Virus record (IMG/VR): IMGVR_UViG_3300020577_010931
Location: 26,951-90,950 of that record
Reading direction: 5' to 3' (one strand)
DNA from: a virus
Lineage: Duplodnaviria > Caudoviricetes
DNA length: 64,000 nucleotides
The notes under the pieces are model-generated. The model saw nothing but the letters and a program-made list of their open reading frames with translations. It searched no databases and was not told where the DNA came from. Shown piece by piece: positions 29,581-39,126 of the stretch (its first letter is position 1; each line of letters starts with the position of its first letter). The translations under genes were made by a program, and so were the position numbers.

Positions 29581-30109
29581 GACACTCGAGAAGTTCCCGT
29601 ATCTGACGTATCTCCCTCTTACTGCGGAAGCTGACGTCGAACAGCTTCTGCAGAAGGAAATCGCCTACGGTGGGTCCTGGATCAAGCGCGGCGGTATCGG
29701 TGCGTTTATGATGCTGGCTCGGAAGTGGGATCGTATCGAGACTCAGGTCAGCGGGACGGCAGGTGTCGACAAGTACGACATCGTCGGTGCGATTCTGAAG
29801 AATCCGGACCCAGGCGGGATTCTGGATGACATCGGCGATCTCCGTCGATATCTGGCTCTCGTGGAAGCGTACGCTCACACGAAGCTCCATGGTCCTTCCA
29901 GCGCCGGGGCTGAGATCCTGAAGGCTGGTGAGTGGGAAGAGAGACCTGCTCACGCGGCAACCCATTCGCTTCCTTGGCAAATTGCCGAGAGAGCGAAAGT
30001 TTCCGCCGGTGGAGATTCTCAGTCAGACCATGTTGACGGGATGGCTCAACCATTCGGTTTCGACGCATCAACTGATAGCGCGCCTGAATTTGAGGCGACG
30101 CACCAGTAG
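29558..30109 (+). CDS. Nucleotide-modification-associated helical protein (Nmad/MazG-like, putative dNTP pyrophosphatase)
   Basis: QKEIAYGGSWIKRGGIGAFMMLARKWDRIE...LDDIGDLRRYLALVEA; located in the modification locus. Confidence 0.55.
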   Translation: MLTQQSSETLEKFPYLTYLPLTAEADVEQLLQKEIAYGGSWIKRGGIGAFMMLARKWDRIETQVSGTAGVDKYDIVGAILKNPDPGGILDDIGDLRRYLALVEAYAHTKLHGPSSAGAEILKAGEWEERPAHAATHSLPWQIAERAKVSAGGDSQSDHVDGMAQPFGFDASTDSAPEFEATHQ

Positions 30110-30118
30110 GAGTCAGAC

Positions 30119-31993
30119 ATGCTCTCGCTTCCGGAACTCAAAGGCCCGTTCGCACTTGACTTGGAAACCAAAGACGGAGGCTTGCAGCATGATCGAGGGC
30201 CGGGGTGGGCCTACCCCGGTCATCCTCAGTGGGATGGTTTCATTGCTGGATTTGCGATCGCCAATGAGCAATATCCCAGCGGTCTCTATATTCCAATTCG
30301 ACATCAAGGCGGAGACAACTACGATGAGCAGCAGACTCTGAGATGGATGAGAGCGGCGGTCAAGCAGGCTCCGTACATCGTAGTCGGTAACGCTCAATAC
30401 GAAACAGGCTGGTGTTCCCGTGATGATATCGATCTCACTCAGACCCGTATCCATGATGTCCTGATTCAAGCGCCTCTCATCTGGGAACACGATTACAACT
30501 ACAGTCTGGATGAGGTCGCATACAAGTATCTCGGTATTCGAAAGAACGAAGCTGATCTTCGAGCAGCCATCACCAAAGAGCTTGGAATCACCAAGTTCAC
30601 AAAGAGTGGCGCGGAAGATAAGGTGAACATCTGGCGTCTCTCCGGTAAGGGAGCGTCTCCTTACGGTACGACAGATGGTGTTCTGACCTGGGGTCTCTTC
30701 AAGAAACTCCAGGATATGATTGTCGAACAGGAACTCGAGCAGGTCTACGATCTCGAGTGCGGTATGATTCCTCTCCTGGTATCCATGCGTCGCCAGGGCG
30801 TACGAGTAGATCTCAATAAGGCTGAGAAGCTCGAAAAAGAATTCCAGGAGATTGAAGACAATATCATTGCGGAGCTGAAGTGGAGAACTGGCTTCACTCT
30901 GGTTCCCAGTGATCCCAAGTCGGCAGGTCCCATTCTTCGCGAAGCTGGTATCATTCCTCCGAAGACAGCAAAGACCGGCAAGGACAGTATTACGAAGGGA
31001 TGGCTCGATTCTCTTGGGGCAGAGGCCGGTCAGCTTCCCGGTCTCATCAACAAGTGTCGGAAGTATTGGAAGGCGAGAACTACTTTCATCCGAGATTTCA
31101 TCTACGATTTTGAATATCTAGGTCGAGTTCACAGTGAACTGAATTCTGTCAAGGGAGAAGCTGGAGGTACGATCGGGGGTAGATTCTCTAGCAAGAATCC
31201 CAACCTTCAGCAGATTCCTTCTCGTGACAAGGACATCGGACCCAAGGTCCGGAGCATGTATCTCCCGGAAGAGGGAGAGCAATGGGCGGCAGTTGACTTC
31301 TCGTCCCAGGAGCCACGTCTCACAGTTCACTTTGCTGCTCTAGCGAACGTTCGAGGCGGACGAGAAGCGAAGCAGAAGTATATTGACAATCCTCGCATCG
31401 ACTATCATCAGATGGTCGCTGATATGTGCGGAATTTCCAGAAAGGAAGCGAAGACCATTAATCTTGGCTTGGCCTACGGGATGGGAGGAGTTAAGCTCTG
31501 TAAATCCCTGGGTCTCCCCACGGCGTGGAAGAGAAAGCCCAACGGTCAATTGATCGAAGTCGCCGGTCCGGAAGGTCAGGCTCTTATCGACAAGTATCAT
31601 GAGAATGCTCCGTTCGTTCGAGGTCTTATGAGAAAGGCCGAGGACCGAGCCAAGAAGATGGGATACGTCCGTACCATCCTGGGTCGTCGTTGCCGCTTCC
31701 CGAAAATCGAAGGTGAATTCGGTCAATTCGACTGGGTCCACAAGGCAATGAATCGCATCATCCAGGGTTCGGCTGCCGATTTCACCAAGAAAGCTATGCT
31801 CGATCTCTGGCAGGTGGGTGTCCAGCCTCTGGTTTCCGTTCATGACGAACTTGGCTTCTCTGTGAAGAGCAAGGAGGAAGCTGAGAAATATGCGAAGATC
31901 ATGTGTGATGCAATTGAACTTGAGATTCCCATGATCTCGGATATTGAGATCGGCATCAATTGGGGATCGTCTATGCTCGGGATGGATATCTGA
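30119..31993 (+). CDS. polA: DNA polymerase family A (3'-5' exonuclease + polymerase)
   Basis: ALDLETKD (Exo I); GGRFSSKNPNLQQIPSRD; VDFSSQEPRL (motif A); RKEAKTINLGLAYGMG (motif B); SVHDEL (motif C). Confidence 0.95.
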   Translation: MLSLPELKGPFALDLETKDGGLQHDRGPGWAYPGHPQWDGFIAGFAIANEQYPSGLYIPIRHQGGDNYDEQQTLRWMRAAVKQAPYIVVGNAQYETGWCSRDDIDLTQTRIHDVLIQAPLIWEHDYNYSLDEVAYKYLGIRKNEADLRAAITKELGITKFTKSGAEDKVNIWRLSGKGASPYGTTDGVLTWGLFKKLQDMIVEQELEQVYDLECGMIPLLVSMRRQGVRVDLNKAEKLEKEFQEIEDNIIAELKWRTGFTLVPSDPKSAGPILREAGIIPPKTAKTGKDSITKGWLDSLGAEAGQLPGLINKCRKYWKARTTFIRDFIYDFEYLGRVHSELNSVKGEAGGTIGGRFSSKNPNLQQIPSRDKDIGPKVRSMYLPEEGEQWAAVDFSSQEPRLTVHFAALANVRGGREAKQKYIDNPRIDYHQMVADMCGISRKEAKTINLGLAYGMGGVKLCKSLGLPTAWKRKPNGQLIEVAGPEGQALIDKYHENAPFVRGLMRKAEDRAKKMGYVRTILGRRCRFPKIEGEFGQFDWVHKAMNRIIQGSAADFTKKAMLDLWQVGVQPLVSVHDELGFSVKSKEEAEKYAKIMCDAIELEIPMISDIEIGINWGSSMLGMDI

Positions 31994-32238
31994 TGAAAGC
32001 AAGAGATCTGGGAATCAAAGGGACGCCCTGCACTTGTGAGAGCGAGTGTGTTCGTGGTGTCCCTCAGCATCACTGTGTTCAATTCGCTGCTCGAACAATG
32101 AAGATGGTCGTTCGAGTTTGTGACACATGCCGCGGAAATCGTTGGCATGGTAACGGTCGTTGTCTCCACTGCGAAGGATACAAGAATGAAGGTTTTCCGA
32201 ATGTCCCCGCGAGCCCGCCTCCCGGAGAGATCATCTGA
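31993..32238 (+). CDS. Small Cys-rich (Zn-finger) protein
   Basis: CTCESEC...HHC; CDTC..........CLHC. Confidence 0.5.
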   Translation: MKARDLGIKGTPCTCESECVRGVPQHHCVQFAARTMKMVVRVCDTCRGNRWHGNGRCLHCEGYKNEGFPNVPASPPPGEII

Positions 32239-32623
32239 GGGAGCAGTCGGCTACGATCTCTTTGTCTGTCTTCCCGAAGACCGTGAATTCATGGTTATTC
32301 ATCCCGGGAAGGCTGAGCTCGTTCCGACCGGTCTGAAGATCGACCTGGGGTGGCATTGGGCGAAGATCGAGTCTCGCTCGGGTCTTGCTCTGAAGAGCGG
32401 AGTCTCCGTCCCCTGTGGAGTGATCGACCCAGACTATCGCGGCGAATGGGGAGTCGTCATCCGGAACAACGGCCCCCTCCCCCTCAGCTTCAAGCACGGC
32501 GACAAGGTTGCGCAATTTGTGCTGATGTCGCCACATTTCAGCGATGTCAAGGAAGTGGACTCGGAGGACAAGCTGACTTCCACCAAGAGAGGCGGCGGTG
32601 GTTTCGGGAGCAGTGGATCGTGA
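32186..32623 (+). CDS. dut: Trimeric dUTPase
   Basis: AVGYDL; RSGLALK; GVIDPDYRGE; GDKVAQ; RGGGGFGSSG (motifs I-V). Confidence 0.95.
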   Translation: MKVFRMSPRARLPERSSEGAVGYDLFVCLPEDREFMVIHPGKAELVPTGLKIDLGWHWAKIESRSGLALKSGVSVPCGVIDPDYRGEWGVVIRNNGPLPLSFKHGDKVAQFVLMSPHFSDVKEVDSEDKLTSTKRGGGGFGSSGS

Positions 32624-33489
32624 GACATCTCACCGATCAGCAGGTCGTCGTCGATGGGGAGCTCGTATTCCGAGCTTCCTACTCGGCTGGAAGACATTTC
32701 GTCACAACGAAGGGAGTTCCCTCGGGCGGCATCTTTCTCTTCATGAAGGCTCTCAGGGCCATCATCAACCACGAACCGTGCGGGAACGTCTTGGTTGCCT
32801 GGGATACGGTGCCGTCCTGGCGACACGAAGTCTTCCCAGACTACAAGGGAACCAGGAACTACACTCCTGACCCAGGGAGAAGTGAACAACGCAAGATCAT
32901 CAAGGACATTCTGTCCTTGCTTGACATCCAGCAGCTTCGTGCTCCAAAACACGAGGCCGACGACATCGCCTCCTGGGTTGCCGGCGTTTCCAAATTGACG
33001 ACGAAGTTCGTCACCACGGATGCAGATTGGCTTCAGCTCGTTCGAGGAACCGATCGAACCTTCTTCGATTTCAAGAGCAAGAAGAAGATCGATATTCACA
33101 ACTTCGCCAAGGAGACCGAGTACCACGACCCAACTCTGGTTGCTCCTGCGAAGGCTATCCTTGGTGATGTCGGTGACAATGTCCCGGGCGCTGATGGAAT
33201 CGGCATCAGGACAGCGATGAAGTATCTCAAGGGAGAACCTGTATCTCCTCATGCTCGAGGTCTCATTGAAGCCTGGATGAAGAATCCTGAAGGCTACGAG
33301 AGATCTCTCCGTCTCGTGGACCTCACGAAGTATCATCGTGAGGAGATGGGAGGTGATACGATCGACCAGGTCCCAGAGGACACGAAGAAATGGGACCCGA
33401 AAGCAGTCACTGATTTCTTCGTCGATTTCGAATTCAATTCTCTTCTGAAGGATTTCTCCTTCTTTGATGATTTCCGCATCGAGAGATGA
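32620..33489 (+). CDS. 5'-3' exonuclease / RNase H (flap endonuclease family)
   Basis: VVDGELVFRASY; VAWD...SWRHEVFPDYKG.R; EADDIA; TTDADWLQL; KAILGDVGDNVPGADGIG..TA. Confidence 0.9.
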   Translation: MRHLTDQQVVVDGELVFRASYSAGRHFVTTKGVPSGGIFLFMKALRAIINHEPCGNVLVAWDTVPSWRHEVFPDYKGTRNYTPDPGRSEQRKIIKDILSLLDIQQLRAPKHEADDIASWVAGVSKLTTKFVTTDADWLQLVRGTDRTFFDFKSKKKIDIHNFAKETEYHDPTLVAPAKAILGDVGDNVPGADGIGIRTAMKYLKGEPVSPHARGLIEAWMKNPEGYERSLRLVDLTKYHREEMGGDTIDQVPEDTKKWDPKAVTDFFVDFEFNSLLKDFSFFDDFRIER

Positions 33490-33500
33490 AGGAGATTATT

Positions 33501-33551
33501 GAACAGGCCCAGAGTCATATTACCAGAGCATATCAGACTCTGGGCCTGTTC
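33501..33551. terminator. Long perfect hairpin (16-bp stem) ending the replication transcript
   Basis: GAACAGGCCCAGAGTC (33501-16) / GACTCTGGGCCTGTTC (33536-51). Confidence 0.6.
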
Positions 33552-33619
33552 TTATTGAAATCGCGTATTAACCCAGAGGATCTCAAAGCTGCTATAGTGG
33601 AAGTGCAGTCTGCAGAGCA

Positions 33620-33907
33620 ATGTCTGCAGGAGATTCAATCTCGGGTGAAGAAGTGAACGTCGATTTCTGCTATACCGCGAAGGGAAACCGGAACTCCAAC
33701 GGAAATCAGATCCTGGAGTGGTACTCCTGGGGTCGCTCGCTGAGAGAAATCTCGGCGCTCTGCAAGAAGAAATGGGGCCGGGACTTCTCTTATCAGTCGG
33801 TACGACGCTTCCTCATTAACGAAGGCGTCTATCTTCCAGACGAAAAGCGTCGCCAAACTGCCATCGCTACGCGGGCGAGTGTTACACCACGTAACACCGA
33901 CGCGTAG
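33620..33907 (+). CDS. HTH-like DNA-binding protein
   Basis: YSWGRSLREISALCKKKWGRDFSYQSVRRFL. Confidence 0.5.
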   Translation: MSAGDSISGEEVNVDFCYTAKGNRNSNGNQILEWYSWGRSLREISALCKKKWGRDFSYQSVRRFLINEGVYLPDEKRRQTAIATRASVTPRNTDA

Positions 33908-34074
33908 CGGTGGCTCCCTACTGGTCGTGCATGGGGCCGCTGCCCTACCCTAGCCGGGTGGCGCAAGGGGCAAGGTAGAGCATTTGTGGTGTGGCGACAG
34001 TGTCTCAAGCCTTTGGCACGCCTAGCATTTTGCCCCATGTGCTTTACGATGTCTTTTTTCTACATGGAGCCATC

Positions 34075-34539
34075 ATGCAGACCTTCCTTCCCATGGAGAG
34101 CTTCTCTGAGTCGCTCGAATGCCTGGACTATCAGCGTCTAGGAAAACAGAGACTGGAAGCTGATTGGCTGATACGAACCCTAGAGGAAAACGGACCTCGT
34201 CGCCATCATCCAGCAGCCAAGATGTGGGAAGGTCACGTTGCGTGGCTTATTGACTACTACAATGAAACATTGACTCAATGGATTTCTCGCGGTTACAAGA
34301 ATACGATGGAATTCCGACCGAAACGAGCCTTCCTAGGTGAGAAGCCGTGGTGGCTGGGATATCAACCTTTTCATGACTCTCACAAGTCCAATCTTCTGAG
34401 AAAGAAGCCAGGATTCTACGGAATCTATCTCTGGGGCGGTATGTCCCCTGATCTAGAGTACATCTGGCCGCATCCTACCGAACGGAAATACATTCTAGGG
34501 AAAGCGAACCGCAATTGGATCGAGGCCCCCTTGCCCTAA
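34075..34539 (+). CDS. Pyrimidine-dimer glycosylase/endonuclease V-like protein (MSMEG_6728 family)
   Basis: MQTFLP..SF......LDYQRLGKQRLEA; HPAAKMWEGH; W..RGYKNT; WWLG...FH.SH.SNLLRK...FY. Confidence 0.8.
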   Translation: MQTFLPMESFSESLECLDYQRLGKQRLEADWLIRTLEENGPRRHHPAAKMWEGHVAWLIDYYNETLTQWISRGYKNTMEFRPKRAFLGEKPWWLGYQPFHDSHKSNLLRKKPGFYGIYLWGGMSPDLEYIWPHPTERKYILGKANRNWIEAPLP

Positions 34540-34559
34540 GACCGCTTATGCGGTAGGAT
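34531..34559 (+). promoter_or_regulatory. Putative sigma70 promoter
   Basis: TTGCCC-N17-TAGGAT upstream of the helicase gene. Confidence 0.5.
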
Positions 34560-34585
34560 AAGGTCCTTCACAAGGAGCCGCGCCC

Positions 34586-35839
34586 GTGGAACATGACGTC
34601 GTGCTTGATTCTGCCCCTGTGAGTTCTATTGTCCTCACAGAACGGCAGCAATTCGCACTGGATGATATTCGAGATTGGATGAGTCAGCCATACGACGGGA
34701 ACCCCTATGTCATTCACGGATTTGCCGGGACGGGCAAGTCTACTCTGATGGGAAAGATTCTCCAAGAAGTCAGTATGCCTGGGCTGGCTCTTATGGCTCC
34801 CACGGGCAAGGCGGCGAAGGTTCTGTCCTCGAAGACCGGGAAGAAGGCAACTACGATTCATAAGTTCCTCTACAAGCCCGTGGAGGATGAGCTCTCGGAA
34901 CTCCAGGAGCAGCTTGGTCAGCTCCATGCCGAACGTGATCATGCTGAACTGGATGACGCCATTGCTCGATATGACGATCTCATCAAGACGGTAGATGCTC
35001 GCATCAAAGAACTCACGGATGATGGGGCCGGAGAAGATCTTCGTTTCATGTATAGAGGTCCCAAGGAGGGAACTCAGACCATCGTGGTGGATGAAACCTC
35101 GATGGTCGCGGCTGATATCATGGAAGACCTCCTTGAGCTCAATATCCGCATGATTCTCATGGGAGACCCAGGACAGCTCACGCCAGTCAAAGCGAAGGCG
35201 GGCTGGGATGGAATGGAACCGAATGTCTTCCTGGACCAAATTGTTCGGACGACGGGTGCCGGCTCTGGTATCAATCTCGCAGCCCAGGCGATTCGCAAAA
35301 ACAGAGCCTACCACAATGGAGAAGGCTTCCAGATCTTTGATCGGGGTCAGCTCACCTGGGATCAGTATCTAGAAGCTGACCTCGTACTCTGTGGCAGGAA
35401 CAAGCTACGTCAGGCATTGAACAAGGGTATTCGGAAGAAGCTCGGCTTCACCAGTCCTTATCCGTCTCCTGGGGAGCCTGTGATCTGCCTCGGGAACAAC
35501 CCGCAGTTCGATATCGTCAACGGCGAAATCCTGACGCTGGTTGAACTTGACAACACCAAGAGACAGATCTGGTCTGGCTGGTTCAGATCAGACGACGACA
35601 AAGTCAAGCACATCAAGTTCTGGTCTCCTCTCTTCGAGGATGATCAGGCGCGAACATACGTCCCAGCCGGCATCGCAATGCTCACTCATGCTCGTTGTCT
35701 CACCGTCCACAAGGCTCAGGGTTCAGAAGCGAATCGAGTCGTAGTCTGTGATGACTGGACCGGCAGCGATTATGACAAGTGGCTCTATACAGGAGTCACC
35801 CGCGGGAAGTCTCATGTGAGTCTCGTGAGGTCAGTGTGA
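34586..35839 (+). CDS. Dda/RecD-like SF1 helicase
   Basis: GFAGTGKST; APTGKAA; TIHKFLY; VVDETSMV; GDPGQL; TVHKAQGSE; WLYTGVTR. Confidence 0.9.
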   Translation: MEHDVVLDSAPVSSIVLTERQQFALDDIRDWMSQPYDGNPYVIHGFAGTGKSTLMGKILQEVSMPGLALMAPTGKAAKVLSSKTGKKATTIHKFLYKPVEDELSELQEQLGQLHAERDHAELDDAIARYDDLIKTVDARIKELTDDGAGEDLRFMYRGPKEGTQTIVVDETSMVAADIMEDLLELNIRMILMGDPGQLTPVKAKAGWDGMEPNVFLDQIVRTTGAGSGINLAAQAIRKNRAYHNGEGFQIFDRGQLTWDQYLEADLVLCGRNKLRQALNKGIRKKLGFTSPYPSPGEPVICLGNNPQFDIVNGEILTLVELDNTKRQIWSGWFRSDDDKVKHIKFWSPLFEDDQARTYVPAGIAMLTHARCLTVHKAQGSEANRVVVCDDWTGSDYDKWLYTGVTRGKSHVSLVRSV

Positions 35840-36294
35840 CGGAAGCTGATTTCTGGAAACGACTCCAACGTCACCTGGGTCGGAACGCTCAGAGAATTGA
35901 GAATAGAGTCGGCGTCGGAATACCCGACATTCTTCTCACATATCCTACAAATCAGATTGTCTTCCTTGAACTCAAGGTCGGCCATTATCTCTGGAACCGA
36001 TCTCTTGGGTTCAAGGTGACTCTACATGATATTCGACCAGCCCAGAAGATCTGGCATCGCAACTTCGCTGACATAGGAGGCAAGTCTTTCATTCTAGCTG
36101 AGTGTCTGGCTTTGGAGGAACGGAAGAGGAAGCTCTTCCTCTTCAAGTCCTATCCTCACAGAAATTGGCCGGGAGACATGGAGGGTATGCTCTTTGATCA
36201 GTATCGCGAACTCTTCCCAGACTCCTGGGTTTTCGAAGATGATCTCTCGATATGTTTCCCCGATCTATTGTCAAAAATGATTAGTCCTCTGTAA
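35836..36294 (+). CDS. PD-(D/E)xK nuclease (VRR-NUC / Holliday junction resolvase-like)
   Basis: TEADFWK.L...L...QRIEN.VG.GIPDI......VFLELKV...RPAQKIWH. Confidence 0.75.
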   Translation: MTEADFWKRLQRHLGRNAQRIENRVGVGIPDILLTYPTNQIVFLELKVGHYLWNRSLGFKVTLHDIRPAQKIWHRNFADIGGKSFILAECLALEERKRKLFLFKSYPHRNWPGDMEGMLFDQYRELFPDSWVFEDDLSICFPDLLSKMISPL

Positions 36295-36302
36295 AATTCT
36301 CT

Positions 36303-36331
36303 TTGTCATAGCGACAAACTGAGAGTACTCT
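36303..36331 (+). promoter_or_regulatory. Putative sigma70 promoter
   Basis: TTGTCA-N17-TACTCT. Confidence 0.45.
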
Positions 36332-36355
36332 GACGGGATCAAACACGAGGTCCCG

Positions 36356-36940
36356 ATGACTCTGTACTTTGGCTTTGACACCGAAACGACTGGTCTCCGC
36401 AAATTCAAGGAGCCGTCGTCCAGTCCCAATCAGCCTGACCTCGTACAGCTTGCCGCGCTGCTCTACGACGAGAAAGAATTCTACGGCGCGATCAATTTGA
36501 TCGTGATTCCTGAGAGACCGATCGAGCCAGAGGCCGAGAAGACTCATGGAATTTCGATGGAGAAGGCCCAGAAGTTCGGAGTCAGTCGTCGCTCGGCGCT
36601 TTCTATTTTTCACAATATGGCGAAGCGAGCTGACTATTACGTCGCACACAATCTCGCGTTCGATCTCGGCATTATGGAAACGGCGTATCATCGAGAGAAT
36701 CAAGATCCTGCGGCTCTTCTGAGACCCAAGAGATTCTGCACGATGCTTGAGACAACACCTCTTCTCAAGATTCCTTCTCCCCAGATTGCTGGGAAATTCA
36801 AGTGGCCTTCCTTGATGGAAGCCTACAAGGCGTACATTGATCCGAATGGATTTGAGGGAGCTCACGACGCGCTGGCTGATGTGAGAGCTTGCGTCTCCAT
36901 TCATCGGCATCTCATTGCCAATGGACTCGTCGTCCGCTAA
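36356..36940 (+). CDS. DnaQ-like DEDDh 3'-5' exonuclease
   Basis: FDTETTGL; VAHNLAFD; CTM; AHDALADV. Confidence 0.9.
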   Translation: MTLYFGFDTETTGLRKFKEPSSSPNQPDLVQLAALLYDEKEFYGAINLIVIPERPIEPEAEKTHGISMEKAQKFGVSRRSALSIFHNMAKRADYYVAHNLAFDLGIMETAYHRENQDPAALLRPKRFCTMLETTPLLKIPSPQIAGKFKWPSLMEAYKAYIDPNGFEGAHDALADVRACVSIHRHLIANGLVVR

Positions 36941-36976
36941 TAGCGGTTTGCATCTAGTCAAGAACAGGCTTGCGTT

Positions 36977-37606
36977 ATGGCTGACACTGAGAATACAGTT
37001 GAGGACGATACTCCTGCTCAGAAGAGAGGGAGGACCAAGAACCCGTCGAAGGGAAAGAATGGTGCCTCGTTCAAGCCCTGGGATCCTCGGCGTCCTGAAG
37101 ACATCGAGAATGAATATGGGCACCACGAGGACTTCGTTACCGAAGATCAGGAAGCCTTCTGCGCTGAATTCGTCAAGACAGGATCGGCGAATTATGCGTA
37201 CAAGCATGTCTTTCCAGGTCTCTCGAATCATTCGTACTCAGGGAACTGGATCCGTAGACCATCTATCCGCAAGCGAATCACGGAACTCCAGCAGAAACTC
37301 CAGAGAACATCAATGCTCACTCTCCAAGAACATCTTGATGAGCTCGCGAGTCTCCGCGATGAAGCTCGTGCCGCTGGAAGATTTTCGGCCGCTATCACGG
37401 CTGAGATTTCTCGTGGTCGAGCTGCTGGACTTTATGTCCAGAGAACTGAGATTAGCGTAGCAAACCTTGAGAGCCTCAGTGCTCAGGAACTTGAGCAGAA
37501 GCTCCTAGAGATTGAGAAGCAGCAATCCAATGATCTCCGACTTCTCTCCCACATTGATGGAACAGCAGAAACTGTTGAGAGAGATGCTGAGGAGGAAGAA
37601 AGCTAG
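36977..37606 (+). CDS. Terminase small subunit
   Basis: T..QEAFC.EFV..G....AY; I.KRI.ELQ; HL.EL..LRD.A....FSAAITAEISRG.AAGLY; precedes the large subunit. Confidence 0.75.
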   Translation: MADTENTVEDDTPAQKRGRTKNPSKGKNGASFKPWDPRRPEDIENEYGHHEDFVTEDQEAFCAEFVKTGSANYAYKHVFPGLSNHSYSGNWIRRPSIRKRITELQQKLQRTSMLTLQEHLDELASLRDEARAAGRFSAAITAEISRGRAAGLYVQRTEISVANLESLSAQELEQKLLEIEKQQSNDLRLLSHIDGTAETVERDAEEEES

Positions 37607-38981
37607 AGAAACTCTAGCTGCTTTCGCCGAGTATACTCTCCAAGTCACCCCTGCTGCTCACCATCGCGTTATTTGTGACAAGCTGGACGAGGTCGTCGCC
37701 GGTAAATGCCGGCGATTGATTATCTGTTCTCCACCGGGTAGCGCGAAATCTACATATACTTCTCTCCTGCTCCCGGCATACTGGATGGCGAAGAATGGAG
37801 GACTTGTCCTCTCGGCTTCGCACACTGCCGAACTCGCTGATACTTTCGGAAAGCGTGTTCGTAACCTCGTAACCGATCAGAGGTATCGAAATGTCTTCCC
37901 GCAAGTTGTTGTATCGGACGATAACCGGGCGGCCGCTCGCTGGGGAACTCGAGACGGCGCAGAATACTTCGGGATCGGTGTTGGTGGTGGTGTCGCAGGA
38001 CGAAGGGCCAACCTTCTCCTCATCGATGATCCGTATCGTACCCGAAAGGACGCCCGCTCACCCACAGTTCGACAGTCAGTTCAAGATTGGTTTTTCACGG
38101 ACGCTTACACACGAATCATTCCCGGCAGTCCTATTATCCTGATTCAGACTCGCTGGCATATGGATGATCTCGCTGGGTACCTTCAACTCAAACAGAGCGA
38201 AGGTGGTGAGAAGTGGGACCTTATCAATTTCACTGCTATCTGCGAGACCGACGATCCTAAGGAAGATCCTATCGGTCGTCGCAAGGGAGAGGCTCTGTGG
38301 CCTGGATGGCAGCCGATTGAGGACCTGCTCCAGATCAAAGAGAACATGGTCCGCGAGGACTGGAACGCTCTCTATCAGCAGCATCCTTCTGATCCAGAGG
38401 GCGAACTCGTCAACCGCTCCTGGATCAAATGGGTCAGAGAAGACAAGATCCCCAAGCGAGAGGAATTCGTCACTGTTGTTGACTCCTGGGATACTGCGAC
38501 CGCGATCACTGAAAGATCAGCATATTCAGTCTGCTGTAAGATCGGTCGCACCAAAGAGGGGAACTACTATCTTCTTAAGGTCGTACGGAAGAAAGTCCCC
38601 TACCATGAGCTCGTGGTTCTCGTCAGAGACACTTACTTTGATGAGGACTACCCTGCGAACAAGGTCTACATTGAGAATAAGGGAACGGGACAATCCCTGA
38701 TCCAGGCTTTCCGTGCGAGAAGTCCTCTCAACGTTATTCCAATCACCCCGGAGCGTGAAGGCGGTAAGGAGTTTCGATTTGAGATCGTCACTGATGTTCT
38801 ACAGGCCGGACGATTCTACGGTCCGGCCAATGCAAAGTGGAAGAGTGACTTCGAAGACGAAATCTATACGTTCCCGAACTCTCGAACCAAGGATCAGGCG
38901 GACGCTCTCTCGCAGGGTCTATCGAACATGGAGAAGAGCCGTGGCAACCGTGGCATGGCGAAAATGCGCCTGCGCGGTTGA
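37512..38981 (+). CDS. Terminase large subunit (start probably ATG 37557)
   Basis: PPGSAKST (Walker A); GRRANLLLIDDP (Walker B); IQTRWH.DDLAG; nuclease domain DSWDTA...IENKGTG...DQADALSQ. Confidence 0.93.
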   Translation: MRSSNPMISDFSPTLMEQQKLLREMLRRKKARETLAAFAEYTLQVTPAAHHRVICDKLDEVVAGKCRRLIICSPPGSAKSTYTSLLLPAYWMAKNGGLVLSASHTAELADTFGKRVRNLVTDQRYRNVFPQVVVSDDNRAAARWGTRDGAEYFGIGVGGGVAGRRANLLLIDDPYRTRKDARSPTVRQSVQDWFFTDAYTRIIPGSPIILIQTRWHMDDLAGYLQLKQSEGGEKWDLINFTAICETDDPKEDPIGRRKGEALWPGWQPIEDLLQIKENMVREDWNALYQQHPSDPEGELVNRSWIKWVREDKIPKREEFVTVVDSWDTATAITERSAYSVCCKIGRTKEGNYYLLKVVRKKVPYHELVVLVRDTYFDEDYPANKVYIENKGTGQSLIQAFRARSPLNVIPITPEREGGKEFRFEIVTDVLQAGRFYGPANAKWKSDFEDEIYTFPNSRTKDQADALSQGLSNMEKSRGNRGMAKMRLRG

Positions 38982-39126
38982 GATGTCCTGGGACGCGGTA
39001 GGGAGGCGCTACAGACGTCAGCAGCACCGCCCATAGGCCAGCGGGGCGGCCTAACCTCTTGACGTTGTAGGAGCTTGCAAAAGGCTCCAGAACCTGGGAG
39101 AATGTGGTACTCCCCGGAGGATTCGC

